Assembly: GCA_951406725.2 (NCBI GenBank)
Contig: OX597828.1
Coordinates: 65,224,001-65,288,000, forward strand
Length of the DNA stretch: 64,000 nt
Reading direction: 5' to 3'
Source: Octopus vulgaris
Taxonomy: Eukaryota
Below the pieces are notes generated by a model. That model did no database searches and had not been told where the DNA came from. It saw nothing but the letters and a program-made list of their open reading frames with translations. The position numbers and the translations under genes are program-made. Below, piece by piece: positions 40,814 to 57,409 of the stretch (position 1 is the first letter of the stretch; each line of letters begins with the position of its first letter).

Positions 40814-41190
40814 GGTAATATTTTCTTTATTGCTATCTTTACGTTCTGAGTTCAATTTCCGCCGAGGTCGACTTTGCCTTTCATCCTTTCGGGGTCGATT
40901 AAATAAGTACCAGTTACGCACTGGGGTCGATATAATCGACTTAATCCGTTTGTCTATCCTTCTTCGTCCCCTTTGTGTTTAACCCCTCGTGGGTAGTAAA
41001 GAAATAGGTAATATTTTCTTTATTGCTGTCTTTACGTTCTGGGTTCAAATTCCGCCGAGGTCTACTTTGCCTTTCATCCTTTCGGTGTCGATAAATTAAG
41101 TATCAGTTGCGTGATAGGGTCGATCTAATCAACTGCACCCACCCGCTTCCTCAAAAAATTTATTGCCTTGTGCCTAGAGTAGAAAAAACA
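40814..41190 (+). mobile_element. Two tandem 5'-truncated SINE C copies
   Basis: Each unit is preceded by GGTAATATTTTCTTTATTGCT (40813, 41006). Confidence 0.88.
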
Positions 41191-41960
41191 TTTTCTTTAT
41201 TGATCAAAAAGGCTACGAAAACATTTAGGACAATACAAAGACAAAGGACAGTAGGGGAGTTACATAGGATCGTTTAAACAACGAAAAAAATAATAAGGAT
41301 TAACGAAACAATTGTAATAACAAAATCCCCCCCAAATGGTGGGTGAAACAGATCCTAAGTCACCCTGGTGAAGAGGAGTTGTCATTCTATGTGCCCGGCA
41401 CCCCGTCTCGATCTACGCTTGATCCGAAAGAAACTATCTTTGTTAAAACAAGTGTGACAAACAAAACAACACCTGCTCATCGTCAAGGAAACGCTGGAGA
41501 TGCCACAGCCCAGTGCATGCCCAAGTGTCATCATCTACGGTATGCCCAATCCTACATTCAGCAGATGTTGACAACTGGAGCGCCTGATTAGTAGAATACA
41601 TCTCTTCCACAGAAAGCAAAAACAGCAGCTTTTTCTGTCAAGTGAGGTGTGAACTGAGGTATGACACGACAGTAAGGAATAACATATGACAGAGATAATG
41701 TAATATATGACAAAGTCTATTGTCCCCTAAAGCAGTGCCAATCACCTTGATATGTCTGATGTCCGACACTCAGACGATGATGTAACCTGCATATGCTGAC
41801 ACGACTCTTCAACTAGTTCGTGTGGTTTGTCTTTCAACCTCTCTAGTTTCTGCACTGGTGGCTCAAAATTCAGAACATGCAGAAGACTCAGGGGACAGCT
41901 TTCACGAACCGAGCGCATGATACTGAATGGCTCCGACTGGTGACGCTGCTCCCACTAACC
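41190..41960 (-). mobile_element. Degenerate L1/Tx1-type LINE fragments (RT motif and 3' UTR)
   Basis: Minus strand ~41770-41945 reads SEPFSIMRSVRESCPLSLLHVLNFEP..KLE...SAYAGY, compared with SVRQGCPLSPLL..EP and AYADD. The 3' end CAATAAAGAAAAT lies near 41190. Confidence 0.65.
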
Positions 41961-42104
41961 ACCAAATAGATGTCGTTATACATTGCGGTAATCCAGTCGC
42001 GGAACATAGAACTAAAACCAGTTACCTTGAGAACGTTATCAAAACCATTCTAAAATAAGTAAATACAAATGTTATGTATATGAATAATAGTGTTATGAAC
42101 ACTA

Positions 42105-44490
42105 AGGCGGTGAACTGGCAAAATGCTTAGCGGCATTTCGCCCGTCGCTGTGCTCTGGGGTCAAATTCCACCGAGGTCAACTTTGCCTTTCATCCTTTCG
42201 GGGTCGATAAAATAAGTACTAGCTGAGCACTGGAGTCGATGTAATCGACTTAATCACTTCCCTCAAAATTACTGGCTCTGTGCCAAAATTTAAAACCAAT
42301 ATTGTTACGAACAACTAACTCGTGGTATTACTGGCTTTCGAAAACTGGGTTTAGTGAAAAAATTTCTTTTATTTATTCATTCATTTATTTTGTTTGGTAA
42401 CACTTTGTCATGTATTTTTTTAATTAGGTATTTTTTTTGTATGAATAAACTTTTTCTCTAAAACAATTCTTGATTTATTTAATATCTTCAATAAATAAAA
42501 AGGTGATGGGGTTTGTCCATGAAAAATATAGATAAGGGTTCCATGATCGCTTTCATATTTTTTAGGTTTTTTTTTCCTTTTCTTCTTGATCATCATCATT
42601 GTTCGACCGTGGTCGAGACAATGGAATTTACCATGCTACGCCAGACTTCACGGTCCATCACGGCTGCGCATTTCGCCCGGCGTGCTAACGTTTCTGCCAG
42701 CTCACCCCCTTCGATAAAATAAGTACCTGCTGATCACTGTGGTTCATGTAATTAGTTTCCCCACCCTACAAAAACTGCTGTCCTTGTGCCCAAATAAGAG
42801 AGACTTATATCTTCTTAACGATTAAAACGGTGAGCTGGCAGAATTTTTAGGACACCGGACAAAATGATTAGTGGCATTGCGTCTGGGGAACCGCTACTCT
42901 ATGGCTATTTGTGCGGTTGGCGTCGTTGAGGGCAGGAGATAATGAGAAACTGTACCCACTACAATAGTTTTGGTGCCATAGATCGCACAACTCCTCGCTA
43001 AAACAGGATCGTAAATACAGAGAACATTTCACCACTTTAAAACAATGAGTGTTGGGTGGCGACAACAACAACAAATATATATATATATTCATATGATAGA
43101 ACTGGCTGAATCGTTATCGCGCCGGAAAAAATGCTTAGCGACATATAATCCGACCTTACGTTCAATGTTCTAATTCCACCGCGGTCGACTTTGCCTTTCG
43201 TCTTTTCGTGATCTAAAAAAAATAACCACGAATTGAGCACTGGGGTCGATGTAATCGACGAGCACCCTCCCCACAACTGCTGACCTTGTGCCAAAATTTG
43301 AAACCAATATGTGTGTGCGTTGGTTGAATTATTTATTCATCATTTTGCTTATAATAACATCGGGAATAACACGCTTTTGAAGATACTCAACCATTGATAA
43401 GAATATTCTAAAGCCTTATATTTAAACAAAGAAAAAAGTCGCAATGAAACGTTTGAAAACACTAATGCGAAGTGTAGTTCTTCGTCGCAGCTGGATCCGT
43501 GATAGGTTACCATTGTAACAATTTCACTTCTTTCGTTCATGAACTATAAAATTTTACGCAGTATCATGTCCCACTCAGAGTTTGTACTTATGTTTGATTT
43601 TTTTTGATTTTTTTCTTTCTTTTTTTATAAGACTAAATTTCCGGATCATTTAAATACAAACTTCTTCCTGCGTGCTGGTGAATTAAAATAACATCTAATT
43701 AAACCTTTTTTTTCCCCCTCTTTTCACTAAAACATTAAGACGTTGGCAATTATCATTTGCATTGGTAAATTCGTAAATTTGATTAGTTTATTTACAAAGG
43801 TTACTGCTGATGTGGAAAACAGAAGAATGGTCTATTCTGCAGTTATATGAGGGAAAAAAATAATGATAACCGTTAATAAGGGAGATTGGTTTCGAATTTT
43901 GACAAAAAGCCAGCAATTTTGGGGAAAGCGATAAGTCGATCACAGTGACCAACATGTGCTGCTTTTACCAACCCCACAAGAAGGATGTTGACCTCGATGG
44001 AATTTGAGATCAGAACGTAAAGAACAAGAAGAAATGCCACTAAACATTTTGTCCGGTGTCCTAAAAATTCTGCCAGCTCACCGTTTTAATCGTATTTCGT
44101 CTGCCGTTATGTTCTGAGTTCAAATTCCGCCGAGGTCGACTTTGCCTTTCATCCTTTCGGGGTCGATTAAATAAGTACCAGTTACGCACTGGAGTCGATA
44201 TAATTGACTTAATCCGTTTGTCTGTCCTTGTTTGTACTCTCTGTTTTTAGCCCCTTGTGGGTAGTAAAGAAATAGGTATTTCGTCTGCCGCTACGTTCTG
44301 AGTTCAAATTCCGCCGAGGTCGACTTTGCCTTTCATCCTTTCGGGGTCGATAAATTAAGTACCAGTTACGCACTGGGGTCGATATAATCGACTTAATCCG
44401 TTTGTCTGTCTTTGTTTGTCCTCTCTGTGTTTAGCCCCTTGTGGGTAGTAAAGAAATAGGTACTTATTTTATCGACCCCATAGGGATGAG
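42105..44490. mobile_element. Cluster of SINE C copies: 42105-42300(+), 42665-42800 (mixed), 42826-42880(+), 43100-43310(+), 43885-44085(-), tandem pair 44092-44460(+)
   Basis: Repeated family C head and core sequences. Confidence 0.85.
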
Positions 44491-45000
44491 GCAAAAATCA
44501 TTTTTTGTAAATATCATTTACGATTTCACTGATCTTAGTAACGGAATGTTCATTTCATAATAATTTTATCACTTTGAGTAGTAAAGCTAATAATGTTTAT
44601 GTAGGATATTAAGACGTGCGGATAGTAAAATGCTCAAATTGAGATCGTATATCAAGTGAAACTGATCTCGACAGAAGTACCATTTGGAGTGTTACAGTGT
44701 TCTGTTATTGATGGCATGTCGGTTTTTGTGCCGGTAATGTGTAACCCCAGGTTAACTCTGATCGAACACATTTATGATGTTAGTCGTTCAGCCATGACTG
44801 TCCCATCAATTTTTACTGGACACACTGTCTATGATTACATTATTCAAGGGAACTTTGGTGTTTTTTTAATATGGTAGGGTAGGATGTGAAGGAGATTTAG
44901 CAGTTTTTACAAGGTTGGTGCCCTTAAACTGTCGCATGAATGACTCGTCTTGGTACATTGATGGAGTTTTGCGAAGTGGTATTCACAGTGATGTTTGACG

Positions 45001-45049
<49 letters not shown>

Positions 45050-45060
45050 CAGCAGCAGCA

Positions 45061-45420
45061 GAGGCACAATGGCTCAGTGGTTAGGGCAGCAGACTCGCGG
45101 TCTGAGGATCGCGGTTTCGATTCCCAGACCGGGCGTTGTGTGTGTTTATTGAGCGAAAACACCTAAAGCTCCACGAGGCTCCGGCATGGGGTGGTAGCGA
45201 CCCCTGTTGTACTCTTTCGCTCCAACTTTCTCTCACTCTTTCTTCCTGTTTTTTGTCCGCGACTTCCAACGCAACCGCTGAGCCTGTATGCGCACTCATC
45301 CATCCGTCGATGCTATCGCTGTCGAGGGTTGACCTGCTTTCTCTTCGGCGGGTCTTACGAATAGCAAGGGACCACGTTTCGGACTTCTCTCACACTGGGA
45401 CGAAGACCGCTTCGCTCAAC
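45061..45420 (+). mobile_element. SINE family A with tail type 3
   Basis: Family A head/body to ~45250, then an unrelated ~170 bp segment ending CAACAACAGCAGC. Confidence 0.85.
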
Positions 45421-45454
45421 AACAGCAGCGGCAGTAGCAACAGCAGCAGTAGTT

Positions 45455-45488
<34 letters not shown>

Positions 45489-45697
45489 CGGTGGTGGTGG
45501 TGATGGTGAAGCAACGGAAGACTATGATGCCCGTAGCTATTTCAGAATCAGAGTTGGAATGATATCTATTTCCATTTGTTTAAGAAGCCATATTTACACA
45601 GAGTTTGATGCACTTTAGTGTGTAGCCAACATTGCCATTTGTACTTTAATGTGCGATCTACCTGGTCATTTATGATTTAGCGCGCAATCTAACACTA

Positions 45698-45854
45698 CAT
45701 TATTTACATTATTTACACTTGACAGATATTTGTCCTCATCTTGTTTGTTGTTAACACGTTTCAGCTGATATACCCTCCAAGCCTTCATCAGGTGCCTTGG
45801 GGAAATTCCGAACCTGGGTTCTCGTTCCTAAGGTATTTTTCTATGTTGTTGTTA

Positions 45855-45921
<67 letters not shown>

Positions 45922-45998
45922 GCCCACGGGCATATGGCGTAATGGTTAAGAGCGCGGGCTACTAACCCCGAAATTCCGAGTTCAACCACAGGCAGTGA

Positions 45999-46064
<66 letters not shown>

Positions 46065-46247
46065 TGATGATATCGAAAAATACTTTAGGAATGAGAACCC
46101 AGATTCGAAATTTCCCCAAGACACCTGATGAAGGCTGGAGGATATATCAGCCGAAACATTGTCTTAACAACAAACAAGATGAGGACAAATATCAGTCAAA
46201 TGTAAATAATGTACATAATTCCTCATCTCTTAAATATAGAACTGTAT
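45698..46247 (+). mobile_element. Composite tRNA-head/(AAT)n/hammerhead element with an inverted 5' copy of its own tail
   Basis: TSD AATCTAACACTA at 45686-45697 and 46248-46259. A box TGGCGTAATGG, B-box-like GAGTTCAACC, and CTGATGA-AGGCTG..CAGCC-GAAAC at ~46125-46157. Confidence 0.8.
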
Positions 46248-46410
46248 AATCTAACACTAATCCTAACCCTAACTATAACTATAACCCTGGCCCTTGCCCT
46301 AGCCCTAACTCTAACACTAAACGCTAACCCTAAACCCTAACCCTAAGCCTTAATCCTAAACCCTAACCATAAACCCTAGCCCTATAACTAAACGTTAACC
46401 CTAACCCAAA
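46248..46410. repeat. Degenerate (TAACCC)n telomere-like array
   Basis: Multiple TAACCC, TAAACCC and TAGCCC variants. Confidence 0.85.
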
Positions 46411-46854
46411 TCAGGTCATTTCACAGCGTAGATAACGGATATTGCAGTACACTGCATGTTCAAGTGGCACCACATTGTTTCTCAGCACTGCAGACTACAG
46501 GTCGGTGATGTTTGACAGAGGCCAGCATCGTGCTTTGTGGCTAGAATTGTTTGCAGGGTTTGACGATTACAAGCTCAGTAACTTATAACCTACCGCTTGC
46601 CCCGCAAATAAGGTGAAGTACTATATGTCTGTACAGGTCAATTTATTCTGTTATTGCTTATTGATATTGTTGTTGTGGTTGTTGGAATTTGAATGATGTT
46701 TAACAGGTTGAATAATTTAAACGTTGCATGAATCTTACAGTCTGGTTATTGAGAATAGTGTTTGGCTTTGTGCGAAGGCATTACTATTCAGAGAATATAA
46801 ATTAAAGTGAACGAATAACATTTAAATATATTCAGACTCATGGACATGAACCAT

Positions 46855-50210
<3,356 letters not shown>

Positions 50211-50214
50211 ACAC

Positions 50215-50261
50215 CTTCCTGAAGATTTCTCTTGAATGAAACAGTACTAGTCCTGTAGAAG
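50215..50261 (+). ncRNA. Type I hammerhead-like motif
   Basis: CUUC-CUGAAGA-UUUC-UCUU-GAAU-GAAA-CAG-UACUAGUC-CUG-UA-GAAG. Confidence 0.6.
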
Positions 50262-50346
50262 CTCCTTCTATATAATAAATTAATTTTACTCTGCTATGTA
50301 TTGAGTACCTTACTTACTGTGGTTAACCCCGAATCAACCCGGGACC

Positions 50347-50390
<44 letters not shown>

Positions 50391-50407
50391 GTATATATAT
50401 ATATGTA

Positions 50408-50455
<48 letters not shown>

Positions 50456-50834
50456 TACATATATGAATATATACATATTAAATGATAAATTATATATATA
50501 TATAATGCATGCACATATGGGTAAAAGACCTCACCAACGGTGCAAATAACGCGAAATACGTAAACAAACGAGGAAAAAGCGAGTGAACGAGAAAAGATGG
50601 AAAACAGGACAAGCTAACACAGAGAAAGGTCCCTCCATCAGTTGTCGGCTGTCTTTCTACTCCTCATTTCAAGCATCCATCGACAATATGAGTTTTCAAA
50701 GACAACTGCTCCTATAAATTCTAAAATAACATTTAGAATTTATGGAGGATCAAAGTTGGAAACAAAAGAATGACAGTGGAGACATACAAGGAAACCGAAC
50801 GAAAGCGAACATAAATCAAAGAAGTATTATTACC

Positions 50835-50954
<120 letters not shown>

Positions 50955-51419
50955 CAGAACGTAGTGACAGGCGAAATACTGCTAAGCATCTCATCCAGCA
51001 TGCTAACGATTCTGCCAGTTTGCTGCCATAATAATAATAATAATGATTACAAATTTTGTGCGGAAGGCCGGCAGTTATATATATATATATATATATATAC
51101 AAACTGTAGAAGAACAGGAAGTATGAGAGGAGTATATATTTATGTAACCACTTGTGATCCTTAGGATTACTGCCGTTTCGCACCCTGTTTAAATATTGCT
51201 TCTAATGTGGCTCAACCATGCCTAATATTTCTAAGTAATACCAAGACTTAACCGTAGCAAATTAAACTGAGGAAGTTTATAATACTTCGACTGACTGTCC
51301 AACTTTTAGCCACCTAAATAACTGCAATTCAACATGTACTGCAAATAGTCATCATATTGATGTACCAGATTAACAATAGTGCAGCTGAGCCAATCATACC
51401 TACTAATAATCAAGCTAAC

Positions 51420-51790
51420 TTATGTAACTGTTGTAATATCAGCAGTGTCCCATTAATAATTAATGCCTTCAGAAAATGTAGTGTATACGTGCGCTGTCAC
51501 TGCTCATAGTAAAGAAACTGTTTACATTGGTGAGTCGTCTTCTTCATTAAAATTTCGCTGAAATAATCATAGATCTACATTTAGGCATAAACAAAAGGCT
51601 TATCGTACATCTCTAGCTAAATTTGTACATTCTCTCATTGATAATAGTATTAAACTTAAAATTGCTTGCTTCATTGTATATAATACACAACCATAAAAGT
51701 TTGGCAGTGGCTAGTGTAGGTACGGTGTATCTGAGGCATTCCATAATGATAAAATAAAATCGAATATTATAAATCAACATCATGAATTGA
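51420..51790 (+). pseudogene. GIY-YIG endonuclease relic of a Penelope-like element (Naiad/Chlamys-like layout)
   Basis: Not in the ORF track. CNC..(frameshift)CPL, then ENVVYTCAVTAHSKETVYIGESSSSLKFR*NNHRSTFRHKQKAYRTSLAKFVHSL. Confidence 0.8.
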
Positions 51791-52944
51791 TTGTAAAATA
51801 CCAGCACCCTAAATACAAATCAGTCCTCATTCTAACTATATGTAACCGTACGCTAAATTATTTTATCTACGCTAATAATCGTTATAACGTAGAATAATGC
51901 TATTGAATAATTTCCTGCCTTCGTTAACTATGATTATGTCTCACCTTGGTAATAGATAATATATTAGACAATATGCGGACGTTATTTTATTTGTAAGAAT
52001 ACTTATTACCCATTAATGCTGGCGCATTAATACAAATCGTTCATAAGGTTAACCATATAATCTGTCTTGACTCTGTAACAGATAATGTATTAAGCCATAT
52101 CCAAACATTCTACAACTTAAATCAATACAGTTGAATAATTCCCAACTTTGTGAACCGTAATTTATTTTCACTTTCGTAATACATGGCATTAGACCGTATT
52201 CAAACATTTTGCTGCCTGCAGAATTACTTATCTCCCATAGATGCTAACACCTTACATGTAAATAGTTACTATACGATAACTATATCAAACTTATACTTAA
52301 TCATTAAACTTGCACTAATCTAATTTTAACCTAAATAAATACAATTCTCCACTTCTCGGCTAACCATAATCTGGTCTCACCTTAGTAATAGATCATGTAT
52401 TAGACCATATTCAAACGTTCTTCTATCTGTAAGATGCTTTTTTACCCTTTGGTGTATAGCATTCAAGTCTAATATATTTAATGCTTATACCACTTTTTAC
52501 ATGTTATTGAATTTGGTACCCTGTAATGACCGCATAATTCTGTGATTCTACACCTTGATATTTTTATGTACTCCTGTTTACATCTATCTTGGATATTGTT
52601 TCTTTTTTTTTATTATTAAGCACGATTGATTGAATTTACTCTTGTAATCCAGTCTGGCAGATTCAATATAATTGAAGTGCTTACTTTATAGCATTAAGGA
52701 CCGACTGTCTGTTTATATCCATGTGCTTCCGTATGAAGCTGCTTATGTATTTGTTTTATTAAGGTATTTATAGACATATGTGTGCATTTAAACGTATGTA
52801 TATGCCTATGCGCATATGTGTGTGTATATGACATATATACGTATATTCTTGTGTGTATGTGTGTGTGTGTATGTATACATATTTATATGTATTTATATTT
52901 ATATATCCATATCCTTTTAAATGTATGTATGCTTTTTTTCTGAA

Positions 52945-53207
52945 TGCACGTGGCCTAGTGGTTAGGCCGTTGCACTCACGATCGCTAAATCGTGAGTTCG
53001 AGTCCCAGGCCGAGTTGTTCGTTGTGCTCTTGAGCAAAACACTTCATTTCATGTTGCTCCAGTCCCCTTTTCGTCAAGAGGAAGTGCTGGCCTGCTCGCC
53101 TAGCCAGCAGGGTGGCGTCATTTGATGGCTAAAATGATAAAAAGCGCATTGTGCCCAGCAATGTGTAACAGCATCTGATAGTCTGGTCGGTCACGTGATC
53201 ACGTGAT
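52945..53207 (+). mobile_element. Chimeric SINE: head/body like 16700-16840 plus family A tail type 1
   Basis: TGGCCTAGTGGTTAG, GAGTTCGAGTCCC, TTGAGCAAAACACTTCATTTCATGTTGC, then GGCCTGCTCGCCTAGCCAGC..GGTCACGTGATCACGTGAT. Confidence 0.85.
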
Positions 53208-54712
53208 GTATATTTAAGATTTGTGCATTAAATAAGCATGTGTGTTTGCATTTATGTGTTTATGTTTATGTATATCTATAATCTATGCACATCTAAGTCA
53301 TTGTATACATATGTATGCGTATATGTATGCATATATATATGTAGATATTTTGCATGTTTATATATGTGTGGGGGGTGTCTGTGTGTGTGTTTGTGTGTGT
53401 GTGTGGGATTGTGTATGTGTTTTTGTGTATTTATATATGTGTATATATAACTATATAGGTCTATATATACATACTTGAGTAAGAGACGTATATGTGCGTA
53501 TGTATCTCTAAAGGTACATATAGGTACATATTCTGATACATTTATTTGTAGGTGTATTTATATGTATATTGTGTGTATATGCATGTGAGCGTGAGTATTG
53601 ATTTGGTTTTACTAAAGTTCATTAAGATAGAAAATATTTTCAGGTTTATTGACCTTTTAGCCCCATTTGAAATAACTGTTGTCCACTAATATCTTTAAGC
53701 ATAATCGTTATATCTCCAGCTATCTGTTCCCTATTGAATTCATTTATATTATATTCTACAATATATTTTCGTATGTACTTTTATATACTTTCTAAAAAAA
53801 ATTTTCTTGTAATATAACGATTTTGGCTCCTCTCCAATGCCTTCTTTTTGTTGACATTAAGGATGGTCAACTCCCAAATGTAAATCCGCCTCCTTAAATA
53901 TGAAACAAAATAAACATATTACGGAGATGTACTTGCATAGCAAGCGACTTGATCTGGGATCGTGTGCTGGAACGAAAACAATTGCAGCATGGAAGGTGTT
54001 TATAAGCCATTTAGGAAACACACAAAAACCGTTAGATTCACTTCAAGATTTAAATTTAATTTGTCAAAATATTTTCGTCGCTTTCAGACCGCGACCTGTC
54101 CACTGACAAAACTTCGTGTTGCATGAATATATTATATTTTATTTAATGACCACACCAAGCTAATATTATCTAGTATCGCTCCCTCAAATATTGTATACAT
54201 AAAGAGTAAATTTTGCATGCATATTTAGAGTTAAAGAATTTGTGTAACCATGATGTTCTAATGGTCTGATGACCTAGCTTTCTTTATCTGGGCTAATTCG
54301 TAAATATACAGTTGTATTGTATAATGCATAGTGTACATACTAATGCAAACATGTAAAACATAATTTATTATACACTGAAATTATTATTACGTGATGAAGG
54401 CTGCGAAACGGCCGCAATACTAGGAATGACAAACGGTTCAATAATTATATTCACATCTCATACCTACCGAATTTTATGTCTTATTTACTCCTCATAAAAT
54501 AGGTTCTTCGGATCTTCTGGATTTCAGGTGCATTGAACTCTACATTATGCTCCTATATATTGCATTATTATTATGTGGTCTGCTAGCCGGCTCCGCTAGA
54601 GGATCTTTCCACAATAGCCACAGGATTTTATGTATTACACTACAAATACACATACATTCACACATACACGCACACACACACACACACACTCGTATATATA
54701 TATGAGTGTGTG

Positions 54713-54751
<39 letters not shown>

Positions 54752-55044
54752 TGGAGGCGCAATTGCCCAGTGGTTAGGGTAGCGGACTCGCGGTTCCGAT
54801 TCCCTGACCGGGCCTTGTGAGTGTTTATCGAGCGAAAGCACGTAAAGCTCCACGAGGCCCTGGCAGGGAATGGTGGAGATGCCTGCTGTACTCTTTCGCT
54901 ACAACTTTCTCTCACTGTTTCTTCTGTTGGTCTGCTCGCTTAGCCAGCGGGGTGGCGTCATTTGAAGGCTAAAACAATGCGAAGCGCATTGTGACCAGCG
55001 ATGTGTAGCAACATCTGATAGCCTGGTCGGTCACAGTGAACACG

Positions 55045-55049
<5 letters not shown>
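54752..55049 (+). mobile_element. SINE family A, tail type 1
   Basis: Near-identical to 17465-17777. Confidence 0.92.
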
Positions 55050-55104
<55 letters not shown>

Positions 55105-55696
55105 TATATATATATATACACACACACGTAGCTAGTACTTCCCTTTAATCTTATATTGAGTTTTGTGTTTATGCGTTTAACGGGTGAAATGTGGAATTTA
55201 GGATAGCAACGAAAGGAACCTCAACTGTGAATCAATGGCTGAAATCTATTACCTTCATTTTGTATCCTTTTACCTCACATGTAAAAATAAAACCATTATC
55301 ACGTTATTTGATTCCGCTTATCCATGCTTCTGCCGTCCACGGCCTGCATACACGTTCTAGTTTTGGCATAACATCCAGAGTTTGATGCTTCTTCTGTCAA
55401 TTTTCCTTCAGCCGTACCAAATGCACTGTTCATGGTTCTCGTATATAGACAGTTGTTTTATTATCGACAAGGATAAAGAGTGTTCTCCACTTATGTTGTC
55501 GGTAGATTTTCTTTCTTCATCGGCCATCAGATAAGTTTTCTTATCCTTGATCGACAATAGCCCTAACGTTACTCTGTAAATGCATTTTGGCTATATAATA
55601 GCTATTACTGAATAAATATAATGTATGCTATGTGGTTACATGTGTGTGTGTGTGTGTATTTGTATTATGCATGTATGTATATGTATGTATGTATGT

Positions 55697-55890
55697 GTCC
55701 CCAACATCGCTTGACAACCGATGCTGGTTTGTTTACGTCTCCGTAACTTAGCGGTTCGGCAAATGAGGCCGATAGAATAAGTACTAGGCTTACAAAGAAT
55801 AAGTCCTTGGGTCGATTTGCTCGACTAAAGGTGGTGCTTCAGTATGGCCGCAATCATAATGACTAATACAAGTAAAAGAGTAAAAGAGTT
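55697..55890 (+). mobile_element. SINE family B, 3' half
   Basis: TTGACAACCGATGCTGG..CGACTAAAGGTGGTGC..(GTAAAAGA)n. Confidence 0.88.
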
Positions 55891-57023
55891 ACTTTTTCAT
55901 TTTTTATTTAAATGATTTTATATCTGATTACCTTTATATTCAGTAGTTTATGTTTGCACATACAAATTCTGAGTTAAAAATTTGCAGTCATATGGATATT
56001 ATAGCATAAAATATGGTCATCGGGGTCCAATTGGACCCCATTAGCCTTCTGTGAAATTATTTATTCCGTTCTTTTTTTCAGATACTCTGATGAACTATAA
56101 GTCAATTTTCTTCGTATTTGTACTGGTATGAATCGATATACATTTTTTTTTATTCTTTTTGTTTTATTTTATATTTAGTGATATATGTATAGTTTATAAA
56201 ACTATAAAAAAAGTGCTAAATTTCTTGTTCTCTACCATGCACTCACACATATATACGAGATTAAACAAATATTACCTTATGGATAGTGTGGAAATGCGCA
56301 AAACTAAAAGGGGACCCCAATAGCCTTTTGTGTAATTCCAACCCTGCCGACCCACGAAGGGTAAAAAAGAAATTAGCCTCTGACGCCACACCGTGAGACC
56401 CAACCCTAGACCTTATTACTGAAACACAAAATTCCTAACTATTCGGACATTAGTCATCTACATTACTGAAACAAATTGCAATGCTAAAACCTTTACAGTA
56501 CGGTGATCGCTCAAATGTGCATCTGAGTATCTTTATATGTTTATGTGTGTATGCGTGGATACTTACGCTCATACACACACATATAATGTATATATATGAA
56601 TCTGTCTACCTCTGTGTATATATCAGTGTGTGTTTGGATGAATTAAGTTCTTTCTAGTTAACTTCAATCCAACGATAGCATTAAACTTATAATGAATGCT
56701 GTCAGGCTGACGCTGCCAGTAACCCGGACCTTCACGTTTTCCAATCCATATTTTCTTGATCCCATTTAAATTAATGTATCATCTCGTCGTATATATTCAA
56801 TACTTAATCGAGAAATCTGTCTTCTTTACGTAATAGAACGATCCATAATACATATTATGTTTCTACATATGTAATCATCCTTGTGCAGATACATTTATAC
56901 ACACACAAATCATGAACATTTTTGCGCATATATAGGCATATATCCGTATACATATGTATATATATATACGTACATAGATATTTATGTATATGTATTCATA
57001 TACGTATATACATGCATACATAT

Positions 57024-57092
<69 letters not shown>

Positions 57093-57095
<3 letters not shown>

Positions 57096-57320
57096 TTTAC
57101 TCATTTACTCTTTTACTTGTTTCAGTCATTTGACTGCGGCCATGCTGGAGCACCGCCTTTAGTCGAGCAAATCGACCCCAGGACTTATTCTTTGTAAGCC
57201 CAGTACTTATTCTATCGGTCTCTTTTGCCGAACAGCTAGGTGACGGGGATATAAACACACCAGCATCGGTTGTCAAGCAATGTTAGAGGGACAAACGCAG
57301 ACACACAAACACACACACAG

Positions 57321-57409
<89 letters not shown>

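Noticed and set aside
40814-44490. Repeated GTCGACTTTGCCTTTCATCCTTTCGGGGTCGAT as a possible CRISPR-like array
   Set aside because: Spacing is irregular, both strands are used, the motif is embedded in 180-240 bp SINE copies, and there are no cas genes.
54060-54440. Partial hammerhead-like remnants at ~54060-54110(-) and ~54390-54425; also ~8742-8770
   Set aside because: Core nucleotides are too degenerate to call.
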